DNA of 64,000 bases, from positions 20,962,152 to 21,026,151 of the forward strand of contig OZ316896.1 of the NCBI GenBank assembly GCA_973895155.1. Reading direction: 5' to 3'. Positions 13,255 to 24,417 of the stretch are shown piece after piece. Source of the stretch: Marsupella aquatica. Lineage: Eukaryota; Plantae; Marchantiophyta. The notes beneath the pieces are model-generated. The model had not been told where the DNA came from and ran no database searches. It saw only the letters and a program-made list of their open reading frames with translations. The translations under genes were made by a program, and so were the position numbers. Position 1 is the stretch's first letter. Each line of letters opens with the position of its first letter.

Positions 13255-16200
13255 ATGACAATGTCGCAGGAAGAGCTGGTGGATGACATCTTTTCGCACC
13301 ATCCTTTGACGGACTTCCACAACTCATCCTGGAGGATTTCCTTAGGGACGGAAACATGGAAGAAGCCCTTCCTAATGCTATGTGTATTTGAGGGGCTTCC
13401 ATTGGGGGCATTAGGGTGGGTAAATTATGGCCGTATCGATGTATTTTGATGGGGCGACGAAGTTGTGAACATGTTGATCACAACAAAGGAAACGTCGACT
13501 TTGATTGTCGTGGATGTGGAGAGGTTTTCCAGAACGGCTGCCACCTGCTATCTCGATGAGGACATCGATAGCATCATTGAGACTGTCAAGTCTCTTTCGA
13601 GTGAGGAACGTTACCACGACATCGCGGGAAAGATTTCCGGTTTTGTGTTCGAATTTCACGCTAGCACTTTAAAGAGTGCAATCCGAAAATTGAGAGAGAT
13701 TCTCCGGAAAAGGTTGGCAGAGAAGGGGGTAAGTCGTCCACCCAAATCTGGGGCTTTCAGTGTTCCTTCTGGATCCAGGCCTAGCATTTTACCCGATGAT
13801 ATTATGACCGTGGTAGCGCCTACGACCTCTCGGGAAGCAGCAGCATCTGGAGGGGGATCTCAAGTTGGCAGATCATCCTAGGGAACAGCTTTGACTGGTG
13901 GGTGCACACAAGGTACGACTGGAACTCACACTTCTTCAAAGAAGCAACCTGCTATGACTCCTGAGCCTACCGAGCCCAGTGCTCCAAAGTCAAAAAAGAA
14001 GACTTTGGAGAAAATTCCAACGCATTTGGAGCAAAAGGCTCAATCAATGTCAATGGATGCACGGGTATTGTACCAGGAGGAGATTCTGGGAAGATGTGGT
14101 GTTCAAGAGGAGACCGTGACCATTGACATTGGTCAACTTTACCCTCCAGTGAGAGAGAAGGCTGTGGGCTTGCCCATTTACCAGGTCCGACACATCCAAC
14201 CATATTTCTTGACCCAATTGACCTTGCGGATGAAGACTGTAGGTGCCAGTCCACTTGCAGCTCCGTTTGTCCTCTTGGTGGATCCGAAGGAGTGTGCTAC
14301 TAGGCAAGACTTTGATTTTTCAAGGAAAGCTGATTACCATTATTATGTGATTGGGGGCAACCATTCAGCCTGTGCCAAAGCAGACCTTGCTCTTCAGTTC
14401 CCTAACAACAAGGCATTTCGGAGAGTGCAATCTTGGATATTTGCGGGATTGAGTGTGCAAGAGGCCAGAAACCTGGCGTGGAGTCACAATATTGATTCTG
14501 AATTTTGACAACAGATGACGACAATCCAGAGAGTAAATTATATTCACATGAGATTTGTTGAGAATGGATTGTCGTCCAACCAGGATTTCAAGAAAGAGTG
14601 TGCTACTGAAATCAATCTCAAGGATTGGGGTGTACGAAAGGATGCTGAGGTTCTTAATGCCAATGATAACCTATTTCAGTTGGCATTCCGACAAGATCCT
14701 GTGTGGTCATTTGTGAGGCAGATTTGTGACAAGTGGGAGATGTGTGAGATCAAAGGTCAAAAAGGAGACAAGGGCAAGAAGACAGTCTCTAAGTCTGGAG
14801 ATGCCAAATTGCCTTATGAGGACATGAAATTAACAGAGTGGAGACACATGCAGGCCTTGAAGGATCCTGATATGATTTGCCCAGTGTTACAGAGAGTTCT
14901 TACTAAAGAACTCTCTTTACAAGAAATGGGTCACGAATTTACTCGACACAAATTTCAGATGCAGGGCTAGGTGCAGAAGGCCTTCCTCACGTGTCTACAC
15001 GAGGAGAGTTGGTCAGGTTGTAAAACCAAGTACCCTGAGCATTGCACAGACAATGTGCTTAAGAATTTCGTACCTGTTTTCCAGACATGGGTAAGATTTT
15101 TTCACCTTTCTTCGAATGATTGTTTGAATTCATTTAATATTTGGAATCCTTGTTTCTGATTGTATGGTTCCTTTTTGTAGAAAGATACCACCTCCCGGAA
15201 AAAGAAGGGAGATGAGGAAGGCAAAGATCTCAAGTCATTCCCGGACAAATTCAATGCGCATATTGTGCAAGCGCAAAATTGGCTATCCATGAAGACTTCT
15301 AGTCGGCAAACCCAAGAGGGGGAACTTCATCCAAATTCGTTTGAGCATCCAGAGTTTGGTGATGTGCAGTATGATATTTTTACTCATGATGCTCAGCGAT
15401 TACACGAGGTGGTTCCGGGTCGGGCTTACACATTAGCTTTAGTGGATATTCCCTACGGGTTTGCATTGCCTGGATGTCTTCATGAGGACACTATTGGATG
15501 GGGAACTGAGGAGATCACAAAAATGGTCCAATCGTTCAAGGTGGCTACTACTGCAAAGTTGTGGCGTATTATCATTCACCACAGCCTTGACCAATATGAG
15601 GCCATCAAGACCATTTTGAAAGCGGAGTGTAATGGAGGGTTCCAGAATTGTGTGTGGTAAGAAATATTTGTTTTTGAAAAAAACAACTATTAGTTATTCA
15701 TGATTTCATGAACCATGTTTCTAAGTTTAAATGACTCCTTGACTTTTTGTGACTTTTCAGGGCTAAGGATAATGTGAAGAATGCTGGTGGACCAAGATTG
15801 AACAACAACTTTGAGTGCTTTACAATTGGCTTTCACAGCCAGGATGGTAAACGGTCATTGGAGCACTTCAATTTTGACACAAATGAATCAAGGAACAATG
15901 TGGTTGTATGCGCAGCTGTGACTAAGAAGCTGAAACACAACGGGGATAACAAGGCAGTGAATGTTTATCAGAAACCACGTGCATTGTTAGATTGGGAAGT
16001 GAGTCATTTTAGTTAGGTTGGAGACTGGGTTTTGGATATTTGTTCAGGATCAGGGATTGGGACAACCTCCTCCTTGGCCATGGGGAGACATTGCGTTGCC
16101 ATTGAGATTGACGAGCGACAGAGCAGTATGTTGAAAGGGAGGATTCTTAACCTTGCAAATAACATTGAAGAGGAAGACGGACAGGGGGAGACGGATGAGG

Positions 16201-16322
16201 AGAGTGAGGAAGACATTCCTCAGGCCGGAGAGGATAGCGTGGTTGACGATGCCACAATTGTTCCAGAATTGACGGCAGGGACTTCCGGAACCGAGGAAGG
16301 GGAAGCGGTCCCTTTGGATTAG
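13255..16322 (+). pseudogene. ParB/Srx-like domain fused to beta-class amino (N6-adenine/N4-cytosine) DNA methyltransferase; exons 13255-15090, 15181-15656, 15761-16322 (~957 codons, five in-frame stops)
   Basis: ParB-like YYVIGGNHSACA. MTase motifs in beta order: LALVDIPYG (IV), WAKDN..FECF, YQKPRALL, GDWVLDICSGSG (I), GRHCVAIEIDE. GT-AG introns 15091-15180 and 15657-15760 keep the frame. Confidence 0.85.
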
Positions 16323-16669
16323 ACTAGGTAAATAGAGGGACTCGTAGCATTTGAAACCACTTGAGCTTAAGTTGGGTTATATTTTGTAAAACTTTGAGTT
16401 TGACTTAAACTCTGATCGATGAGTTTGATTTTGACTACTTTTATAAAGTGCATATTTCAAGGTTTATACAATTGTGAGAATATCATATAAGATATGCTTA
16501 GATTTTGGGGCTAAAATTCTCTTGAGTCTAGTTTGGAAAATACATACCATTTTTTGGTGGTTTTTTGGTACACATTTTTGAATATCATGAAGATTTTGAA
16601 AAGAGAAATAAGGCTTTGGACTCATCCCTTAAGGCTTCTTGTTATTGGGGTCCCATAAACAAATATCTC

Positions 16670-17205
16670 AAACGGCGGACAGGGATCATCTCTATCCAAA
16701 TGGTGGACATGGATCATCTCTATCCAAAAGCCGGACAGGGATCATCCCCATCCAAACGGTGGACAGAGATCATCCCTATCCAAACGGTGGACAGGGATCA
16801 TCCCTATCCAAAATCCGGACAGGGATCATCCCCATCCAAATGGTGGACAGGGATCATCCCTATCCAAAATCCGGACAGGGATCATCTCCATCCAAACGGT
16901 GGACAGGGATCATCCCTATCCAAAATTTGAACAAGGATCATCCCCATCCAAACGGTGGACAGACATCATTCTTATCCAAAAGCTGGACAGGGATCATCGC
17001 CATCCAAACAGTGGACAGGGATCATCTCTATCCAAACGGTGGACAAACATCATTCTTATCCAAAAGCTGGACAGGGATCATCCCCATCCAAACGGTGAAC
17101 AGGGATCATCTCTATCCAAACGGTGGACAACCATCATTCTTATCCAAACAGCACATAGGGATGATCCCTATCAAAACAACTAACAGGGATGACCCTTGTA
17201 CGGAC
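16670..17205. repeat. Hairpin repeat array tggacagggatcatccc(t/c)atccaaa, ~29-30-bp unit, about 18 copies
   Basis: Directly visible tandem array; each unit is an imperfect inverted repeat centred on gggat-c-atccc. Confidence 0.95.
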
Positions 17206-17579
17206 AATTAACCTCTACACACTAATTTAATGTTTGACCAAAGAAAGGTTCGATTGAGATGATCCCAATCGTGAGTTGGGCTGGATACCCCAACCTTAAG
17301 TAACTTAGATATACAATTCCTAAATTTGATACACGGTTACCTGTAATGGAAATAATTCTCAGTAAGCTGGTAAACTAAATGCTTCAGGGGTGTGGAAGAA
17401 ATTAAAACTAGATGTTCTGTCTAGAAAACAAGAGTGGCTCAATGGGGCTCCGTAATGAACAGACCTGGTTGAGAGACTGAATGAAAATCTAGAAATGAAA
17501 ATACCAAATGAGGACCAGCCGGAGCAGCCCAAGTATCTTATACCATTTGTTCAAGATCGCTCTTACGAATAAGGCGATG

Positions 17580-17960
17580 CGTGATCAGCCTTAAGCAGTG
17601 GCGGAGTTTAGGGTCGAGTGGATTAGGTCACCCACGCCACACAACCAAGTCGGGCGGCACAATTTACACAGCCTTGCATTTAGGGTTTGCCTTGCACGGC
17701 TGTCTTGCCCCGCCTCGCAGCTCGGCCTCCCACGTGTTGAGTCGGCCTTGCCTCGCCTTGGTGGGGGGGTAAAGGAGGCAAGAGGTCCCACTTGGGCCTC
17801 ATTCTTCTTCCCTCCTCTTCTTCGCTCCTCCGCTCCTGTGCCTCCGCTCCTCCGCTCTTCGCTCCTCCGCTCCCCCGCCTCATTCGCTTCCAGTCTCCCT
17901 AGGCCCCACTCCACCTCCGCCTTCACACTAGAGTTTTTGCCCTAGCCGCCACGTTAATTG
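17580..17960. promoter_or_regulatory. GC/CT-rich putative divergent promoter/5'UTR of element A
   Basis: CpG-rich, pyrimidine-tract island between minus-strand transposase A (once B is removed) and the plus-strand ParB gene; similar in composition to the host upstream region at ~60300. Confidence 0.4.
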
Positions 17961-18179
17961 CCCTAGATCTAACGCTCTGTGATCCTCCATGTGTCCATAC
18001 GGCCACGTGTCACAAGATGGATCCATCTAGACCTATTCATGTGTCTTTGGTCGTTGAGCCAACAGAGGAGATAGACCTCTCCTCCATTGAGGATGTGGTA
18101 GACACGGCCCTCAAGGATTCCAGAGCCTTCCAATTGCTCAATCCAAGTGAGTATCTCGGTAACAAGTTGAATATTTGTG

Positions 18180-18455
18180 CAGTGGACAGAGATCATCTCT
18201 GTCCAATTGGACAAAGATGATCCCTGTCCAAGTGTCCAAGTAGAAGATAGTGATCTTTATTACGAAATTGGACAGAGATCATCTCTATCCAAGTAGAGGA
18301 TAGAGATCATCCCTGTCCAATTCCTAATAAAGATTGTCAGTATCCTTTGATCAAACAAAGATTATCTTTGTTAGGAATTGGACAGAGATCATCTTTATCC
18401 AAGTAGAGGATAGAGATCATCCCTGTCCAATTGGATAGGGATCATCTCTGTCCAA
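18180..18455. repeat. Hairpin repeats ggacagagatcatctct(a/g)tccaa
   Basis: Same motif family as 16670-17205. Confidence 0.85.
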
Positions 18456-20134
18456 ACTGTGAGAGAACCTCATCTTTGCCGATTACAAATTAAGATTTTC
18501 CAAACTAATATGCATGGATGGGACTATTGCAGGGAGCGATCTAAATGGATTGAAACCAGCAATTTCAGAATCAGATTGCTCCAAGGGAGTCTTGTTGGAG
18601 CAGAGAAAACCAGATTTTCGTTGGGGCCTTGAGTTCTCTAGAGTTGATTTTGATTTCCTTAGCACGTCATAGAGACGGGATCCCATTTTGTGCATAAAGG
18701 TCAGAACATAAGATCAAGAGACTCTTGTACTCAGACCTGTAGTCTTCATTGGAATTGAAGGAAGAGGGTTTGTTTCCGTCATTCTTGAGCTCCATGAAAG
18801 GATACGATGGGTTAAGCTACATCTACCATCAAAGGCGTATTCTTTAGAGTTCAATGTTGAGTGGTCTGCTGCTGGAGAACTTGGCGTGATGGCAATGGGC
18901 TTTTTCCCTAAGTTGTATTCAACTCAAAAGGTGATTGCTGGAGTGAAGGGGATTCTTCTACTTGACATCATGTATGGGTTTCAATATGTGAAGCTGAATA
19001 TCCATAAACACCAAGGGAATTATACATTTCTGGTGACATGGATTTTAAATAATTTGCTCGACAAGGCAGGATTCCTATCTTCCGAATCAAGTGTTTGCCT
19101 TGACAAGCAAATTGCATTTGCAGAGGAGTTTGCGATGGATAATGCAAAAAAGTGGGTAGAATCATTACCCAAGCCTACAAATGTTGCACCAGTAGCAGTG
19201 AACGAGCTTCCAATAGTTGTTAACAAAGAAGTTCCCAAACCTAGAAAAATATCTTAGGAGACAATAATGACTGCAGGAACAACGGCTGGGACAAGCACCA
19301 AACAAGTGGTAGGGAAGCGAAGACTAAGAGAGAGGAAGGGTCGCGAGAAAATTGAGACATTGCCGAAGGAACCCGAGAAGAAGCCAATAGCGAAGAAACA
19401 GAAAACTGACAAGTCTCTTTTGTGGTCAACCCCTACAGACGTACAGGTGCTTCCAGAAGATGAGGGAGACAAACTTGATGCCCCTGAGGAGAAGAAGGTC
19501 TTAGAAGGAAATGATGTTCTCCAGAGAATAGAGCAGTACTATACTTTTGGGATAAATGAACTGTTTTCTATTCCAGTGGAGAAAATTGTGCCTGCACCTG
19601 CAAGATTATGTTACATGATGCTTAGTAGTACCCATGTGAAGCACATAGCCGAATCCATGGTCAAAAACCCTGGACATGAACCTCACGTCGCAGACCTGCT
19701 TCCTTATAGTCCGAAGCTTAGAAAGTTGCTCCATTTTGACAGCACGGAGAACGACCGCAAAGACTTTCTTGCAGGAGTTAAGAAAGGCGAGATTGGTTTC
19801 TTTGCCATCAGTGGGCAACATTCGGCTAGGGCGGCCAAGTGGGTTCTTGAATGGGCCAAAACTGATGCCAAGCTCACAGTGTTGGCAAAAAAGTTAAAAT
19901 ACAGGAAGTCTAGATTATTGTCAGACCTTACACCATCGGCTATATTGGTTGAGCACTCAATGAGATCAAATGCCATCAATTCAACGATGGTGTTTCAATC
20001 GTGCTTCAAAGATACAATTGTTCATGCAAGGAAACAATTCCTTGAATGCGGAGGACCAAGAAAGCCAAAGCACGGGGACAACAAGTCAAACGCCCAAGAG
20101 AATAAAAAATTTCAGGTGAGAAACATTTTTCTTG

Positions 20135-20475
20135 TTTGGACAAAGATGGTCTCTATCCAAGAGTGTGACCGTCCGTTAGATTGATTTTAGTTCAATATAT
20201 TTCTGGTTATAACTTGGATGGAGATGGTCTTTGTCCAAGAGTGTGATTGTCCATTCTAGAGATTTCTCTTCCTTCTACTTTTGGTTATGACTTGGATGGA
20301 GATGATCTCTGTCCAAGAGTGTGATCGTCCATTCCAGAGATTTCTCTTCCTTTTACTTTTGGTTATGACTTGGATGGAGATGATCTCTATCCAAGAGTGT
20401 GATCGTCCATTCCAGAGATTTCTATTTCTTTTACTGTTGGTTATGACTTGGATGGAGATGGTCTTTGTCCAACAA
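20135..20475. repeat. Intronic 60-bp tandem repeat containing ttggatggagatgatctctgtccaa
   Basis: Three near-identical 60-bp units plus degenerate flanking copies inside intron 20116-20544. Confidence 0.9.
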
Positions 20476-23032
20476 GCAAGTGATAGTTTGTTGTCAAATC
20501 TCATTGATTGTAGATAACTCATTTTCCCCTAATTTTGACTGTAGGATTATTTGGCATTGGCAAGGATGACCATGGGGAGAAAAGACTTGAAAAATTTATA
20601 TTGGTTGCTCTTTGCCGAGAATGATCTTTTCGAGGTCTGGCGGTTAGTATGCCAGATGTGGATTGATGGACATCTTCCTGATGGAGCTGGTACACAAGGA
20701 AACAAAATGTCTGAAAAGGGTATAACGGTCGCAATGTTTTGTTGTTTTGATGGTGAAATCTCAAGTAGAGATTTGACCAGAATTTTGAACAAGGTGAAGT
20801 CAGGTCAGGTTTTATTGAAGAAGGATCCAACAAATAAGTCAGATGTTCCAGCAATGGAGGACTTTGCAAAGGAGATGAAGATATTGATCAAACTGAAGTC
20901 TCTTATTGGAGATTACTACTGCAAGAAGGATCCAAAAAACTTCCTAGCAGATAGTGATTGGGTTAAAGTAATTGAGGTCCTCCCATTGTTAGATGCCGAG
21001 TCGGAGTTGAACAGGTGCCGAAGAGCGGCTGGTGAAGTATGGTTGACAAATTTATTGAAGTCTAATGATACAAAGGAGAGTGAGATATTTCCAATGACAT
21101 TGGTGATGCGTCTAGATGATATTTACTGTCAGAAGTTTGGCGGTGGGACAAGTTCTCGGACCCAACCATGGGTCACATTTTTTAGTAATAACCTAATGAA
21201 GACAGTGGATCCGGAGTCGTTCGAAGAACAATCTCCAGCATGCCCTCTTGCAATTGTTGATTTCAGCCGACTTCAACAGAAGGAGTGGACCGAAGCAGAG
21301 ATTTTGGTACTCTTCCAATACATAGTAGAGCTACCACGGAATCTCACCATTGTTGTGATGATAACTGTCCATCCGGATTACCCTTGTATTGAATGTCCTA
21401 AGCGCTCTTCATAAATTAGGACATTCAAAAACTCTCACTATTCACATTGAGTATGGGAGTTATTACCGAGATGATCAACCTCACCCTCACAACTCATGTT
21501 GGAAGGGAGGAATAGAAGAAGTTATCTTTGTGGGAATTTCTTGCGAAGAGAACGTCAGCTGGGATGAAGTGTTCAAGCCCAACCAGATGAAGCCAAAATG
21601 GGTGTACGGTGACAAGGATACTGATTTCATGGTTGAGAAGGTCAAGGGAAAGGGAAAGGCAAAGGACGCGGACGAGGAGTCATTACATGTAGATCTAAGA
21701 AATATGATGACCCCAGAAGAGGCGGAAATACTTCTGCACATGGCACCTCGATTTGAGACGGTCGGCACTCGGGGTGGGTGGGTGAATCCTCACGCCAAAC
21801 CCACACGGATGATCCAAAAGATCATCCAAACACTGTCCGAGCCGGGGGATTTGATTCTTGACTTTTTCTCTAGCGGTCAAGTGATGAAGGCATCCCTTTT
21901 TTCTCAACGTGAATGTTTTGTTTATTGTGACTCTCAACATGAGTTCCTTTGTGAGAAGGTTCCCACCATCAAAGATCGTTATGATCGCTATGTCGGTGGA
22001 AGTTCTAGAAATTGGGAACCCTCTTCTACCGCTGTTGCTATTGACGATGAATCAGATGGTGATCAAGAAGATGGAGCTGACCAACCAGTCAAAGACGATG
22101 GGCCATCGGAGGGGGCATACGTGAAGAATTTGGATGACCGAGTTGGCGAGGGTGAAAATATTGACCTTGTGGAAGACGATCTATGATTGTTGGAGCTGCA
22201 CCTTGCAGTTCACCAATTACAGATGTTGCCCCCATGGGCCCCAACGAGGGCCAGTATGATGATAACTTGGATAGAGATGGTCTCCATCCACAATTGCTTG
22301 GACAAGAGATGGAAGTTGATACGTTTGAAAAACTGTCTTCAAACAACCTTCTCAATCAAGGTGCGGAGAGGCATGGTGAGTCCAATGAACTCGACAAATT
22401 GGGATTGAGACCACAGCCCATCCAAATAGTTGACATTCTCATGAATGAAGCAAGTGCATCCACGACTGCTAACAACCAGGCAGGTGCTTCAATTTTTCCC
22501 GATACACTCTTTTCCGCTTCTGATGACAAATTGGTGTTTGTTTGATCACAATCAAGAAGTCCCGTTATCCTTCCACTCCAAAAAAGAAAGGGAAGACAGT
22601 AGGATCAACTGGATATAAGTCACTTGAATATGATTGTCGATGTTACGTGTGGAAAAGTGGACCCGATGTAGGAACTGAAGTTGCGTTGGATGCTGCTCAA
22701 TCAATTTTGAACAATGACTCGTACAAAAAGCACAAGAAAGATCCAACTTATAGAAGTGGAGAATTGGGATTGATAACTCCGGTTTGGTCTGCACCTTATT
22801 GGATAGAGGAGAGTACCTCCAATGTCAATTATGAGATCCAACAAGAGCTCGGTGATGATATCTTGATTGATGAATATGGATCTCATTGTTAGCCAAGGTC
22901 TAGATTGAGCCATGTGACCTTATCAATTTGATATAATATAGTCTGTATAATTATACTTCAAGTTTAACAATTAGAGCATCAGTATCCATCTCCTCTTTAC
23001 AGTTTCTCAATGAATACGGTCAATATGCAAGA

Positions 23033-24142
23033 TTGACAGAGATGATCTCTATCCAAACTTCAAATGTGGTTTTTTCTCTAAGATTGGTATTTGTTGCACT
23101 TGCAGAACCAAGACCTTGTTCCATCAAGCGCAAATTGCTGATTTTGGATCTTAACAAAATACTTTGGGATTCAGTTGAATTCCAAAGCAAGGGCAAATCC
23201 AGAAATGTTGTGACCCCAAGTGGAGTGCATTGGGATAGAAAATATGGAATGAGTCGCATGTATACAGAAAGGCCAGGGCTCCATGAGTTTCTAAAGTTGG
23301 TTTTTGACCGATTTGACGTTGCAATTTGGACATGTGCTGGGGTACAACAAATAGTGAAAATGTTGAACATGATGTTCACTGCTGAGGAGAGATTGAAACT
23401 TAAGTTTGTATTCACACAGGTGGAAGCCTTTGACACAGGCATTCAAAGGCGTGACATTACAAATGGAAAGGCAAATCTGCTACTGAAGGATTTTCGGATG
23501 GTATGGAGTGGATTTGAAAATCTATATGATGAAACCAACACCCTCCTTGTGGATGACTCCCCCCTTAAGGCATTTGCCAACCCAAGCATGACCGGACTAT
23601 TTCCAGTGCCGCACACGCATGCCAATCGTGGAGATAATTTTCTTCTTACAATTCTTTGGCCTTGTCTTGAGAAACTATCACATGCAAGTGACATTAGATG
23701 TTATCTTCTTCTTAACTCTCCACTGTGGTCTCTATTGCACATAAAGAGCGACAAGGTAAAAAATGAAATTACTTATGATCAACTTAGTAAGAGATGCGCA
23801 ACAAAAATTTAGAAGTCACAGTTTACGCATAGTGTGTTGGACCTCAATAGCAATGAGATTCCTTGGAACGTGAAGCATCATATATGTAGTTTACGTCCTG
23901 AGGTAGAACTTGACAATGCACTTGTCACCTCACTTGCTAAAGCATTTGTAGGACGGGACTATTCAGGTCCGTATAGAGAAAATCCTAGACACTTTTTGTG
24001 GGAGATTATAGCCATTAGGAACAACACCACCAACTTTCAGCTCCCTGAAGATAAAGGGACTTGCAACCGTGACACTAGGGTAGATAGTAAAGGAGACAGG
24101 GGCACGTGCTCAAATACACATTGTAATGAGCACTTTGTTTAG
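23033..24142 (+). pseudogene. FCP1/SCP (NIF)-like HAD phosphatase, cargo of element A; one in-frame stop at 23810; true 5' end uncertain
   Basis: LLILDLNKIL, RPGLHEFL, FDVAIWT, LLKDF..VW, NTLLVDDSP.K...NP; ORF 23834-24142 is in the same frame. Confidence 0.8.
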
Positions 24143-24417
24143 AGATCTGACTCATGTTAAGCCCCTTAGATAGAAGAAATACATTGTAAATTTGGAGATA
24201 ACTGTATATTATTTTATAATCTATATGGAGTTATGTCATTTTGTTCACACATATTCAAGGGCTTCTTTGTGCTGAAATGTTTTTATAAGTATGATCTCTA
24301 TCCTACTATTCTTTGTGAATTAATAAATAATGATCTCTATTATATTATTCTTTGTGAATCAATAAATGATATAATATGTATTATTTATTAATATAATAGT
24401 AATATGATTTGGCCTAT

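Larger units (their letters stand above)
8451..16669. mobile_element. Nested element B (~8.2 kb) carrying DDD transposase B and a ParB-MTase gene; left terminus partly deleted
   Basis: It splits the hairpin array (8100-8450 and 16670-17205). 8518-8550 is an inverted repeat of 16612-16643. The right end ggggtcccataaacaaatatctc and the left segment 8451-8517 both resemble the MITE at 49441-49608. No TSD could be confirmed. Confidence 0.7.
18017..22186 (+). pseudogene. Second ParB/Srx-like protein with a degenerate C-terminal DNA-methyltransferase-like domain; intron 20116-20544; 5' structure uncertain
   Basis: ParB-like FFAISGQHSARAA; C-terminal NPHAKPTRMIQKIIQTLSEPGDLILDFFSSG (motif X/I-like). 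ORFs 18886, 19267 and 20551 join through one stop and a CAG|GTGAG..GTAG intron; frameshift at ~21400. Confidence 0.72.

Noticed and set aside
16565-17211. Overlapping repetitive ORFs (DRDHPYPNGGQGSS...) and CRISPR-like periodicity
   Set aside because: They are translations of a ~29-30-bp tandem hairpin array. There are no unique spacers and no cas genes, and the context is eukaryotic.
20256-20522. Repetitive ORFs MTWMEMISVQECDRPF on both strands
   Set aside because: Translation of the 60-bp intronic tandem repeat
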